Assembly: GCA_910578845.1 (NCBI GenBank)
Contig: CAJTSL010000012.1
Span: 15,144-79,143 of the forward strand
DNA from: an uncultured Lachnospiraceae bacterium
GTDB lineage: Bacteria; Bacillota; Clostridia; Lachnospirales; Lachnospiraceae
Length of the DNA: 64,000 nt
Reading direction: 5' to 3'
Below the pieces are notes generated by a model, which was given only the letters and a program-made list of their open reading frames with translations, ran no database searches and was not told the DNA's origin. Both the position numbers and the translations under genes were made by a program. This document shows positions 1 through 9,365 of the stretch, piece by piece; the stretch's first letter is position 1, and every line of letters begins with the position of its first letter.

Positions 1-1329
1 AAGAGCGGATGGAGCCCTGTCTGTATCATCTATAGCGCCTATGGAGAGTTTGAATATGCCCAGAGCGCCATTTCGCTTGGCGTGATGCAGTATCTTCTAA
101 AGCCGATCAAACTAGAGGAATTCAGGAACTTATTTGATAAGGTGCTTTCTATTTGCGATACGAAGAAGAAACAGCAGATTGAGAATGAGATCTTACAAAA
201 GACATTGCAAACGGTTGAGAATACGAGAGTTTATCGTCAGATTCTGCGTTATCTAGAGATGGAGACAGATTCTGTCGCAGAAGAAATGGCATCCATTTTT
301 GGCGGTGGGGAAGTAGTGCCTATGATCTTGTCCAGCTACTCTTATCTGTTTGCAAGGTATTGGGAGCATTATGAAAGCGATTTAAATGAATTATTCCAAT
401 CGGAGGCTGTCATTATTAATAAAGATGACACACAGACGCTTTTAATCGTGCCAGGAGAAGCGTTAAAGACATGGAAGAAAGCGGAGGAAGTTTGTGAAAA
501 GCTGATTTCGATGTCCCGTAAAGAATATCAATCGGAAATTTTCATCGTAGCCGGTGGGTTTTGTAGCACGCCCAGGGAGCTGCGGGGAGAATACCGTAAG
601 ATGTTAGAGCAGCTAGACTATCAGTTCTTTGTCTCGGAAAGTACTTATTTTCTTAGCAATCAGATTGGATTTATTAAGAAGCAAAGCGATATGCTCTCCT
701 TATATTTTAAAAAGGTAGAAACTTGTGCCAGGCTGGAAGATTTTGAGGGGATGAAGAAGGAATTTGATAAAGCGTTCGCCTATATCGAAGCGGGAGTAGG
801 TTTTAGTTCCGTCTATGTGAAGTATACATTTTCCGAGGGGATCAAGAAATGCTGTGAAATCTTGAATAAGAAAGAGCGGATGATGGAAGTCGTAGAGGAC
901 ATTTATGGATCAAATTCTATCCAGCAGGTGAAAAATGCGGTGTTCAGGCTATTGGATGATTTGATGAAAACACAGGGGGACAGATGCGAGGAAAGCCGTC
1001 TCGTCCTGCTTGCGAAGGAATTCATACAGGAGCATTATAAAGAATGTACGCTCAGTGTTGCTGCGGTATCGGACGAGCTTCATATTACAGCAGCATATTT
1101 AAGCACACTGTTTAAAGTAGAAACGGGACTCAACATTGTGAAATATATATCCAATTATCGGATAGAGAAAGCGAAGGAGCTGCTTGCGACTACCAATATC
1201 AGAGTAGGTGACGTGGCGGAGCAGGTAGGATATCTGAATGCGTCCTATTTTATTTCATTGTTCCGAAATCACACTGGATATAGTCCTGCTAAGTATAGAG
1301 AGAGGGTCTTAAATGAAACGGACATCTGA
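1..1329 (+). CDS. YesN-like response regulator (REC + AraC HTH), 5' end outside window
   Basis: Frame open from base 1 (KSGWSPVCIIYSAYGEFEYAQSAISLGVMQYLLKP, end of a receiver domain); C-terminal AraC motif VAEQVGYLNASYFISLFRNHTGYSPAKYR. Confidence 0.9.
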   Translation, partial: KSGWSPVCIIYSAYGEFEYAQSAISLGVMQYLLKPIKLEEFRNLFDKVLSICDTKKKQQIENEILQKTLQTVENTRVYRQILRYLEMETDSVAEEMASIFGGGEVVPMILSSYSYLFARYWEHYESDLNELFQSEAVIINKDDTQTLLIVPGEALKTWKKAEEVCEKLISMSRKEYQSEIFIVAGGFCSTPRELRGEYRKMLEQLDYQFFVSESTYFLSNQIGFIKKQSDMLSLYFKKVETCARLEDFEGMKKEFDKAFAYIEAGVGFSSVYVKYTFSEGIKKCCEILNKKERMMEVVEDIYGSNSIQQVKNAVFRLLDDLMKTQGDRCEESRLVLLAKEFIQEHYKECTLSVAAVSDELHITAAYLSTLFKVETGLNIVKYISNYRIEKAKELLATTNIRVGDVAEQVGYLNASYFISLFRNHTGYSPAKYRERVLNETDI

Positions 1330-3073
1330 GAAATCGTTTTTGCGGCAGTTGATACAGTCTTTTATTTTTGTGATTATGATACCGGTTCTTTGTCTGGGCG
1401 GCTATACATTCTATGCTGCCCATAATTATATCCGTGAGCAGCGTATTGCGGAAGCGGTCAGCTTGATTAAGCAAAACCAGCGGGAGTTAGATAGCTGGGC
1501 AAAGCAGTGCGAGACTTCTGTCCGTTATCTGACGGCAAATTATACGTTACAAGAGTTTTTGCAGATGGATGAAAGCCAATATGTAGCGGTGAACCAGAGT
1601 GCGAGAATCGTCAGCACAGTGCTTTATGGCGTGCTTTTGTCAACGCAGGATTATGAGAAGATAACGGTTTATACGGATAAGGAATTCAATTGCATGTCAA
1701 GGCTTTTGAAGAATACACAGGAGGTAGAGCAAGAAACGTGGTATCAGGATATTCTGGAAGTCACCGGGACATACTGGTGGTATCAGGATGGGCATTTTTA
1801 TGTAGGAAAGAAAATCGTGACCTCTTATCCGGTGAAAGTAATCGGAGTGCTGGTCATTGAGATGAAAGAAGATATTTTTGACAAGAGCTTTTCCATGCTG
1901 GAACATATGCCTGTCAAAATGAGGCTAAAGTGCGAAGAAGTGTCGTTTTATGAATACATGACAGAGGCATATAGAGAGGAAAGGATAGAAAGCGACGAAG
2001 GCAAAGAAAGCGGCGAAGGCAAAGAAAGCGACGAAGGCAAAGAAAGCAGCGAAGGCAAAGAAACCGGGGATAACAAAGAGAATAGAAATAACAAAGAAAA
2101 CGGGCTGCTCCAGGAACTCTCATGGGGAAATACAGGGTGGGTGTTAGAGTACGAGGTGGACGAAAGTTATTATGAGCAAAGAGACGGCATTGCCCTATGG
2201 CTTCCTATGGTGGTGATTGGCATTGTTCTCGTATTGGCGCTTTTATGTATGCGCTTGCTTGCCAGTTTTTTGGTCAAAGATTTAAAGGCACTGGTAGCAG
2301 CCGTAAACGAGGTGCAAAGCGGCAATCTGGATGTGGAATTTAAACTGTCAGGCACGCGTGAAATCCGTATCCTGGAAAAGAGCATCGGCAGTATGCTGCA
2401 TCGGATTAAGCAACTGATCCATCAGGTCTATGAAAAAGAGATAGAAAGCCAGAAATTGGAATTGAACCTCCTACAGTCGAAGATCAGCCCACATTTCTTA
2501 TATAATAACCTATCTATGATCAATTGGATGGCAATTGACTGCGGAGAAGATAAAATATCTGATATTGTAACGGAAATGGCAGCTTTCTACCGGACGGCGC
2601 TCAATAAGGGCAAGACCGTGGATCGATTATGCGTAGAACTGGATAATATAAAGGCATATGTGAACCTGGTCTTATATGCCAGGGAAGTACCGTTTACAGT
2701 TGCCTATGATATTGACGAAACGCTTTTGGATGTCAGGGTTCCTACTTTTATCTTGCAGCCGCTTGTGGAAAATGCGATTGAGCATGGCATTGACCAGTTA
2801 GGAGAAGAGGCGGGGAAGCTTATAATAACGGCGGAGGGCGAAGCACAAGAACTTTTCCTGAAAGTCTATGATAATGGTAAAGCGTTGTATCAAAGGATAG
2901 GAAAAGGGATGCTTGCCAGAAAAGAATACGGGTATGGGACCGGAAATGTAGACAGGAGGATACAGCTTATGTTTGGCACGGCATATGGTTTGGAAATTTA
3001 TGCAGACGAAAAGGGGACGATGGCTATTATACATTTGAAAAAACCGAATGACGGAGAAATCATAAATATATAA
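1313..3073 (+). CDS. YesM-like sensor histidine kinase (2 TM, HAMP, His_kinase, HATPase)
   Basis: LQSKISPHFLYNNL, ILQPLVENAIEHG, VYDNG motifs; two hydrophobic segments; overlaps end of the regulator gene. Confidence 0.9.
   Translation: MKRTSEKSFLRQLIQSFIFVIMIPVLCLGGYTFYAAHNYIREQRIAEAVSLIKQNQRELDSWAKQCETSVRYLTANYTLQEFLQMDESQYVAVNQSARIVSTVLYGVLLSTQDYEKITVYTDKEFNCMSRLLKNTQEVEQETWYQDILEVTGTYWWYQDGHFYVGKKIVTSYPVKVIGVLVIEMKEDIFDKSFSMLEHMPVKMRLKCEEVSFYEYMTEAYREERIESDEGKESGEGKESDEGKESSEGKETGDNKENRNNKENGLLQELSWGNTGWVLEYEVDESYYEQRDGIALWLPMVVIGIVLVLALLCMRLLASFLVKDLKALVAAVNEVQSGNLDVEFKLSGTREIRILEKSIGSMLHRIKQLIHQVYEKEIESQKLELNLLQSKISPHFLYNNLSMINWMAIDCGEDKISDIVTEMAAFYRTALNKGKTVDRLCVELDNIKAYVNLVLYAREVPFTVAYDIDETLLDVRVPTFILQPLVENAIEHGIDQLGEEAGKLIITAEGEAQELFLKVYDNGKALYQRIGKGMLARKEYGYGTGNVDRRIQLMFGTAYGLEIYADEKGTMAIIHLKKPNDGEIINI
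1988..2104 (+). repeat. In-frame 18-bp tandem repeat (about 6.5 units, ESDEGK-like) inside the kinase gene
   Basis: GAAAGCGACGAAGGCAAA-type units at 1988, 2006, 2024, 2042; degenerate units at 2060, 2078, 2096. Confidence 0.9.
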
Positions 3074-3174
3074 AAAAAGTGATATAGATTCAAAAAACTT
3101 TGGATAGGAATCAGATCCCGTTCCTTTTACAATAAAATCATACAGTAAATGAAGAATATAAAGGAGAGGGTCAT

Positions 3175-4515
3175 ATGAAAAAAAGAATCATAAGTGTGTT
3201 GTTGGCTGCGGTAACAGCTTCGGTGATGCTTGTAGGTTGCGGAAATGATGGGACGGGCAAAACGGACAGCAGTAGCATAGGAAATACTGCGGATACTGGC
3301 GAGGCAGGGCAAAACGTGGACAGTGCGGATAACAAAGCCCCGAATGATCATACCATTACGATGATGTGCTGGTATGATGAAAGCAGTATGGATAGCGTGA
3401 TTGATGAGATCAATAGACAATTGGACGGGGAATATGTGGTAGAGTATACCTACATAGGGGTATCAGATTATAATAATGTTCTTAGCACGCAACTGGCATC
3501 TGGAGAGGGGCCGGACATTATTGCGGATGGCGCTAATTTCCCGGCGAGGATCAAAGCGGGGAACGTAGAGGACATTACGGACACTGGCCTGACGGATGGG
3601 TTTAGCAAGGATGGGCTGGCGCTTTGTTCCATAGATGGGAAGGTGTATGGCGTGCCTTGCTATGGCTGGTTTGCAGGTGTATTTTATAATACGGAGTTAT
3701 TTGAACAGGCAGGTATCACACAAGTGCCGGAGACATTTGACGAATTTCTGGAAGTTTGCGAGAAACTAAGTGATAACGGCATCGCGCCGCTTTCCCTGGG
3801 CCTTGCGGACGGTGATAACGGCCTTCATGCTTTTGCCGGCTTTATGGAATCTAATTTCTATGGCGCGACACAAGAAGGCGCAGGATTCGATTACGATTTT
3901 GCTATGGGAGATGCCAGCATGGATGGGACAATGAATCCTTATATGGAGAATTGGATCAAAATGGTGGAGAACGGATATATTACCCCTGATATGGTCGGCA
4001 TATCCGGAGAACAGGCCAAAGAAGTCTTTATGACAGGTAAGGCTGCGATTTATTTTACGGGGCCATGGGAGTATAACAATTTCAAAGAAGCAGGGCTTTC
4101 GTTTGGCGTCATGCCATTCCCGGGCGTAGGGAAAGAAAGCAATTATCTGATTGGCGGCCCAGCGGCAAGCTGGGGGATTAATGTCAATTCCGACCAAAAA
4201 GAAGGCGCTATGAAAGTAATGGAGGCGCTTGCAAGCGTGGAAGTACAGCAGGCGTTTATTAATGAGAATGCAGGTGGCAGCACGTACAGAGAGGGCGTTA
4301 ACACGGGCCTTCCCGAAGAGTACCAGAATATTACGGATGCCATGGAAGCAGGCAGGATTGCTTGCTGCTGGGACAGGTGGAGCGTGAACATGCCTTCCCA
4401 GTCCTTAATTGATGAGATCAATTCCCAAGTGCAGGGACTGGTAGCGGGCGACCTTGATGTGAGCAGTTTCCTTCAGACGCTTGACAGTAAGGCGGATTCT
4501 ATCCGGTATGAGTGA
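3175..4515 (+). CDS. Sugar ABC transporter substrate-binding lipoprotein
   Basis: Lipobox MLVGC; SBP_bac_1-like motifs (ASGEGPDI, YNTELFEQAGI, FMTGKAAIYFTGPW); RBS AAGGAGAGG. Confidence 0.9.
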   Translation: MKKRIISVLLAAVTASVMLVGCGNDGTGKTDSSSIGNTADTGEAGQNVDSADNKAPNDHTITMMCWYDESSMDSVIDEINRQLDGEYVVEYTYIGVSDYNNVLSTQLASGEGPDIIADGANFPARIKAGNVEDITDTGLTDGFSKDGLALCSIDGKVYGVPCYGWFAGVFYNTELFEQAGITQVPETFDEFLEVCEKLSDNGIAPLSLGLADGDNGLHAFAGFMESNFYGATQEGAGFDYDFAMGDASMDGTMNPYMENWIKMVENGYITPDMVGISGEQAKEVFMTGKAAIYFTGPWEYNNFKEAGLSFGVMPFPGVGKESNYLIGGPAASWGINVNSDQKEGAMKVMEALASVEVQQAFINENAGGSTYREGVNTGLPEEYQNITDAMEAGRIACCWDRWSVNMPSQSLIDEINSQVQGLVAGDLDVSSFLQTLDSKADSIRYE

Positions 4516-4530
4516 TGTTTCTATCTAGTA

Positions 4531-4554
4531 AAGGACTGCTTTAGGGCAGTCCTT
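4531..4554 (+). terminator. Stem-loop after the SBP gene (weak terminator or mRNA stabiliser)
   Basis: AAGGACTGCT-TTAG-GGCAGTCCTT, no U-tract. Confidence 0.5.
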
Positions 4555-4658
4555 AAGATTATACGGGCAATTGCGAAACAGCCATATATCATGCTTGTGC
4601 CGGCGCTGATAGCGTCTTGGCCCAAAATCCGCAAGTTGAGCAAGAATGGGGGATTAAG

Positions 4659-5549
4659 ATGAAGAATGATTTAAGAAAGAAAAAAGAACTTCCTTACATA
4701 TTAATGGGAATTCCCGGCGTGAGCATATTTTTTGTTTTTTTCATTATGCCGCTGTTATTTACGGTCCGCTATAGTTTCTTCAACTGGACAAACTTTTCGC
4801 CGGACATCAGTTTTAACGGCCTGGACAATTATAAGAAGCTCTTCCATGACAGTACGATTTTATATGGCATCAAAAATGCGCTTGTATATGCGGTTGTAAC
4901 TGTATTTTTGCAGAGCCTGATTGCGCTTCCGGTTTCGGCGGCGTTGAATACAAAGTTCCGGGGCAGGAATCTTTTTAGGGCAACGTTTTTTTGCCCTGCG
5001 GTCTTAAGCACGCTCGTAGTAGGGTATCTGTGGAAATATCTGTTGTCAGCCAGTGAGCTTGGCTTTATCAATCAGGTTATGAACCGCATTGGCGTGGGGA
5101 CAGTCAATTTCCTCGGTGATAAGAGATACGCGCTTGCTTCTATTATTTTCACGCAGGTGTGGCAATGGTTCGGTTGGTCAATGGTCATTTATCTTGGGAA
5201 CCTGCAAAGCATCAGTGGCGATTTGTATGAAGCGGCCTCTATTGATGGCGCAGGGACTCTTAGGAAGTTCTGGCATATTACCATCCCGGGGCTTGCGCCT
5301 GCGCTAAAGATTAACCTCATTACAGGGATGATTTCCGGCCTGAAAGTATTTGACATTGTTATTTCCATGACGGGAGGAGGGCCGGCACATAAAACAGACA
5401 CGATACTTACCTTGATGTATGCGAAATTCGCGGATGGCAATTATGGATATGCGGCGGCATTTGGCATTATGTTTTTGCTTGTCAGCCTTGTTGTGTCCAG
5501 GGTCTTGTTAGGGCTGTTCGGCGCATGGGAGAGGAGGCTTGGCCAATGA
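4659..5549 (+). CDS. Carbohydrate ABC transporter permease (MalF/UgpA-like)
   Basis: EAA motif LYEAASIDGAG; TGGGP; multiple TM segments; ATG at 4659 preferred. Confidence 0.9.
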   Translation: MKNDLRKKKELPYILMGIPGVSIFFVFFIMPLLFTVRYSFFNWTNFSPDISFNGLDNYKKLFHDSTILYGIKNALVYAVVTVFLQSLIALPVSAALNTKFRGRNLFRATFFCPAVLSTLVVGYLWKYLLSASELGFINQVMNRIGVGTVNFLGDKRYALASIIFTQVWQWFGWSMVIYLGNLQSISGDLYEAASIDGAGTLRKFWHITIPGLAPALKINLITGMISGLKVFDIVISMTGGGPAHKTDTILTLMYAKFADGNYGYAAAFGIMFLLVSLVVSRVLLGLFGAWERRLGQ

Positions 5550-6379
5550 AACGGAAGAATCATTTGCAAACGGCATTGAAATATATCATACTTGGCCTAT
5601 TAGCGATAATAGTGCTTCTGCCTATTTATTATTTGTTGGTCACGACGTTTAAGTCTTCTGCAGAGGCGACAATGGCGCCCATGGCGCTGCCGAAGTCTTT
5701 TGATTTCGGGGGATATGCTTATGCGTTTGAGAAGATGCAATATCCGAGAGCCTTTAAGAATACGTTGGTGATTACGGTCTGTTCGGTGGCGGGGATTGTC
5801 GTATGTGCCTCTATGTTGGGATATGCATTGAACAGGAGGGAAGAAAGAAAGCTGTCGAAATTTACCTTTCTGTTCATTCTTTCCGGTATGCTGTTCCCGG
5901 CGCAGATGTCTGTCTTAGGGTTATATAAATTAATACAAGGATTACATATGATGAATCAGCTATCGGCGGTGATCCTCATTAATATTGCAGCCAATATGGC
6001 GTACGCGGCTTTTATGTTTAAAAGCTTTGTCTCGACAATCCCGATTGAGTTAGAGGAAGCGGCGAGAATCGACGGCGCAGGCACGCTTAGGACATTCTGG
6101 ACGATTACTTTTCCGCTGATGAAGCCGATTGTGGCGACGATTGCTATTTTAAATGCTTTGACGCTCTGGAATGATTTCATGACCCCGCTTTATTTCTTGC
6201 AGAAGAGGGAGAATGATGTGTTGTTACAGGAAATTTATAGGAATGTGGGACAGTTTTCCACTGATTGGACAAGCTTATTCCAAATGCTGGTGCTTGGCGC
6301 GCTGCCGCTGCTGCTGTTTTATCTCTTCATGCAGCGTTTCATCATTGGCGGCGTTATGAGCGGTTCCGTGAAAGGATAA
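5546..6379 (+). CDS. Carbohydrate ABC transporter permease (MalG/UgpE-like)
   Basis: ELEEAARIDGAG, WNDFMTPL; ATGA overlap with upstream stop; RBS GGAGG. Confidence 0.9.
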   Translation: MKRKNHLQTALKYIILGLLAIIVLLPIYYLLVTTFKSSAEATMAPMALPKSFDFGGYAYAFEKMQYPRAFKNTLVITVCSVAGIVVCASMLGYALNRREERKLSKFTFLFILSGMLFPAQMSVLGLYKLIQGLHMMNQLSAVILINIAANMAYAAFMFKSFVSTIPIELEEAARIDGAGTLRTFWTITFPLMKPIVATIAILNALTLWNDFMTPLYFLQKRENDVLLQEIYRNVGQFSTDWTSLFQMLVLGALPLLLFYLFMQRFIIGGVMSGSVKG

Positions 6380-6445
6380 GAACGAGCAAGGAAAAAGAAC
6401 GAGCAAGGAAAAAGAACGAACAAGGTAAAAGAATGGACAAAAGAC
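6378..6445 (+). repeat. 17-bp purine-rich intergenic tandem repeat (about 4 units)
   Basis: AAGAACGAGCAAGGAAA at 6378 and 6395; variants at 6412 and 6429. Confidence 0.8.
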
Positions 6446-6468
6446 AGAAAGGATTTGGGTAAAGGTAA

Positions 6469-8391
6469 ATGGAAAATCTGTTTAAATTGACAGAAAACGG
6501 AGATGGGACGCTCTCCGGCCTGATGAATAAAAATGATGGTTATCGGATGAACTGGATACAAGGCAAGAAAAGCTGGGGAACGGTATGCTGCCCGGAAGGC
6601 ATCCGGCATACAGTAGAGAGGGAGATCCTGGAAAATGGGAACTTGCAGGAAACCTATTGTTTTACCAATACAACGGAGTTCCCTTATTTTTTTAAGAAAA
6701 CAGACGTAGGGATTTATGCAACGTTTCATGATAATTATGAGGATGCCAGTGTCTGTCTGAAAGAAAGATGCCACACGCATATTTTCTGCGGCGGGAATTC
6801 TTCGTGGGTGATGGCGCTTCGCATGGGCGCAGAAGCGCCCCATCTTGGCCTTGTGCTGACAGAGGGCAGCTTATCCTGCTATAGCGTGGAACGTGCAGAC
6901 AGTACGGAGGAAGGTGCAGGTAACCTAAGCAATGACAGAGGTGATTTTATCTTGCACCCGGAGATCGAAGAGCTTTTGCCGGGAGAAAGTACGAAGATTA
7001 TATGGGAGCTGTTCTGGTTTGAAGATAGTGAAAGCTTTGGGAAGCAGCTTTTAGCGCATGAGGGATTTATGGTTTTGGATACGGCGCAATGCACGCTGCT
7101 TAGAGGGGAGAAGCTCTCTTTTGAAGTGACGGCTCTAAATGATGGGGCAGGAACCGTCAGCATAAGAGGGAAAAACGGAGAGATCCCGTTTTCCCAGAAG
7201 ACAAAGGATCAGAAAATATATGTTACATGCAGCCATGTACCGGAAGAAATGGGAGAATATCCGGTTGAAGTGACATTAAATGAGAAAAAGCTAAGGGCAT
7301 TGTTCTATGTCACGCAAGACACTAAATTGCTGGCAAGGAACCGCTGCTATTTCATTTCCCGTCATCAACAGTACCATGGAAAAGCGGATATGCTAAAAGG
7401 CGCGTACCTTATTTATGATACACAAGAGGGGAAAGTATATTACAGTCATAAAAATGACCAGAACGGCGGCAGGGAAAGGTGTGGCATGGGAGTGCTGATC
7501 GCCCGTTACTTGCAGGAAGAGAAAAGCGATGAGCTGCAAGAAAGCCTCAAGGAATATGTGGCCTACGTGTATCGCGAAATATTTGATGAGAAAACAGGCG
7601 AAATATATAATGATCTTGGACGTTGCAACGATTATAAAAGGCTGTATAATTATCCATGGTTTGCGTTGTTTCAATTGGAGTTGTATTCCTTATATAAGGA
7701 TAAGAAGTATTTGCAAGACGCTTACTTGACATTATGCAGATATTATAAGGATGGCGGGAGGATGTTCTATCCACTCCTGCTTCCGGCAGAGGAGCTGGTA
7801 AAGGAGCTGGAAAAGGCGCATTGGCAGGAAAAAGCTGACGTCATTCGCAAGGAAGTGATAGCACATGGGGACTGGCTGGTAAAAAGAGGGCTTGATTATC
7901 CGATATCGGAAGTCGATTACGAACAGAGCATCGTTGCGCCTGCGGTTGACTGTCTCGTACAGGCATACCAGGTGTCAGGGGATGAAAAATATCTGGACGA
8001 GGCAGGGAGGCAGTTGGAAGTCTTGAAGCTTTTCCATGCTAAGCAGCCTGACCATCACCAGTTTGCCAATGCGATCAGGCATTGGGACGGATACTGGTTT
8101 GGGAAAGACGAAATGCTTGGTGATACATATCCCCACTATTGGAGCGCGCTGACAGGGATTGCATGGCTCCGGTATATGCAGGCGGCAGGAGCGGAAATGA
8201 ATGTGGAGGAAGTAAGGGCAATCTTGCGCGGGCCGTTATCTCTTTTTGCAGAAAATGGGGAAGCGTCCTGTGCCATGGTCTTTCCGGAAAGGGTCAACGG
8301 GAAAAAGGGACATTTTTATGACGCATGGGCAAATGACCAGGACTGGGCGTTATATTTTGCATTAAAGTATGACGCGATAGTCAGAGGGTAA
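6469..8391 (+). CDS. Putative six-hairpin (alpha/alpha)6 glycosidase, family unassigned
   Basis: 640 aa, no signal peptide; aromatic/acidic motifs YNYPW, EVDYEQSIVAPA, IRHWDGYWFGK, GDTYPHYWS, WANDQDW; directly after the sugar ABC operon. Confidence 0.6.
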   Translation: MENLFKLTENGDGTLSGLMNKNDGYRMNWIQGKKSWGTVCCPEGIRHTVEREILENGNLQETYCFTNTTEFPYFFKKTDVGIYATFHDNYEDASVCLKERCHTHIFCGGNSSWVMALRMGAEAPHLGLVLTEGSLSCYSVERADSTEEGAGNLSNDRGDFILHPEIEELLPGESTKIIWELFWFEDSESFGKQLLAHEGFMVLDTAQCTLLRGEKLSFEVTALNDGAGTVSIRGKNGEIPFSQKTKDQKIYVTCSHVPEEMGEYPVEVTLNEKKLRALFYVTQDTKLLARNRCYFISRHQQYHGKADMLKGAYLIYDTQEGKVYYSHKNDQNGGRERCGMGVLIARYLQEEKSDELQESLKEYVAYVYREIFDEKTGEIYNDLGRCNDYKRLYNYPWFALFQLELYSLYKDKKYLQDAYLTLCRYYKDGGRMFYPLLLPAEELVKELEKAHWQEKADVIRKEVIAHGDWLVKRGLDYPISEVDYEQSIVAPAVDCLVQAYQVSGDEKYLDEAGRQLEVLKLFHAKQPDHHQFANAIRHWDGYWFGKDEMLGDTYPHYWSALTGIAWLRYMQAAGAEMNVEEVRAILRGPLSLFAENGEASCAMVFPERVNGKKGHFYDAWANDQDWALYFALKYDAIVRG

Positions 8392-8443
8392 AAGAAAGAT
8401 CGCATTGTGTGTGTGCCGTTAAGCAAATGGAGATGCTAAGGTT

Positions 8444-9109
8444 ATGTATATTGTGGAAGTACGGAATCTAAAAAAATATTTTCAAAACGCTTCACAGGTC
8501 ATCAAGGCATTGGAGGGAGTTGACCTGTCGATTGAAAAAGGAAAATTTACAGCCATTGTAGGCGCGTCTGGCTCCGGAAAGACAACGCTTCTGAATACGA
8601 TCGCCGGTCTGTACGAACCTACCGAAGGAACTGTAATCGTAGATGGGATGGATTTGTCGGGAATGAGCGAGGAACAGCTAACGGTTTTTAGGCGCAGGAA
8701 GATCGGATTTGTCTTTCAGGGATTTAATCTGATCCCGGAACTGACGGTCAAAGAAAACATCCTGTTCCCTTTAGGCCTCGATAATTCCAGGCCAGATACG
8801 GCGTATTTCGGGAATCTTGTTGAAATGCTTGGCCTGTCCGGTTATCTGGATGCCTACCCATATATGCTTTCCGGCGGAGCGCAGCAGTGTGCGGCGATTG
8901 GAAGGGCGCTGATCACAAAACCTTCGATTGTCCTCGCTGATGAGCCTACCGGTAATTTTGATATGAAAACAGCACAAAATGTTGCAGGACTGCTCAAGAT
9001 GACAGCCGCAACCTTTCGCCAGACGTTAGTCGTGATTACACATAATCTTGATCTGGCTCAGCTTGCGGACCAGGTGATTCGCCTACAGGACGGCAGAATC
9101 GTGCCATAA
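8444..9109 (+). CDS. ABC transporter ATP-binding protein (LolD/MacB-like), orphan
   Basis: Walker A GASGSGKTT, Walker B IVLADEPTG, deviant signature LSGGAQQC. Confidence 0.85.
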   Translation: MYIVEVRNLKKYFQNASQVIKALEGVDLSIEKGKFTAIVGASGSGKTTLLNTIAGLYEPTEGTVIVDGMDLSGMSEEQLTVFRRRKIGFVFQGFNLIPELTVKENILFPLGLDNSRPDTAYFGNLVEMLGLSGYLDAYPYMLSGGAQQCAAIGRALITKPSIVLADEPTGNFDMKTAQNVAGLLKMTAATFRQTLVVITHNLDLAQLADQVIRLQDGRIVP

Positions 9110-9153
9110 AGGCTTCTCTATCCCGGATGCCGGAAAGAAGAGCAATGTTTTCC

Positions 9154-9182
9154 TTGACATCCGGTATGACGGAGAATATAAT
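9154..9182 (+). promoter_or_regulatory. Consensus sigma-A promoter of the TetR-ABC operon
   Basis: TTGACA (9154-9159), 17 bp spacer, TATAAT (9177-9182). Confidence 0.85.
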
Positions 9183-9223
9183 AAAACATGTGATTTAAAA
9201 CATATGTTTTAGAACAGATGATT
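9182..9223. promoter_or_regulatory. Putative TetR operator array (three 14-bp units, central perfect palindrome)
   Basis: TAAAACATGTGATT / TAAAACATATGTTT / TAGAACAGATGATT; TAAAACATATGTTTTA at 9196-9211 is a perfect 16-bp palindrome. Confidence 0.65.
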
Positions 9224-9243
9224 GTAGATCGCTTATTCTTCAG

Positions 9244-9335
9244 TAGGTGATTGGGAAACGCGGTTTTAGGAACTGCACAATATAGACAAATCGTCACAGG
9301 CTCGTGGCTTGAAATTGCCGTTTCGCAATCACCTA
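9244..9335. repeat. MITE/REP-like palindromic element, long copy
   Basis: TAGGTGATTGGGAAACG ... CGTTTCGCAATCACCTA, 16/17 terminal inverted repeat. Confidence 0.65.
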
Positions 9336-9365
9336 AAAATTCATAAGAGCAGAAAGGAGAACACT

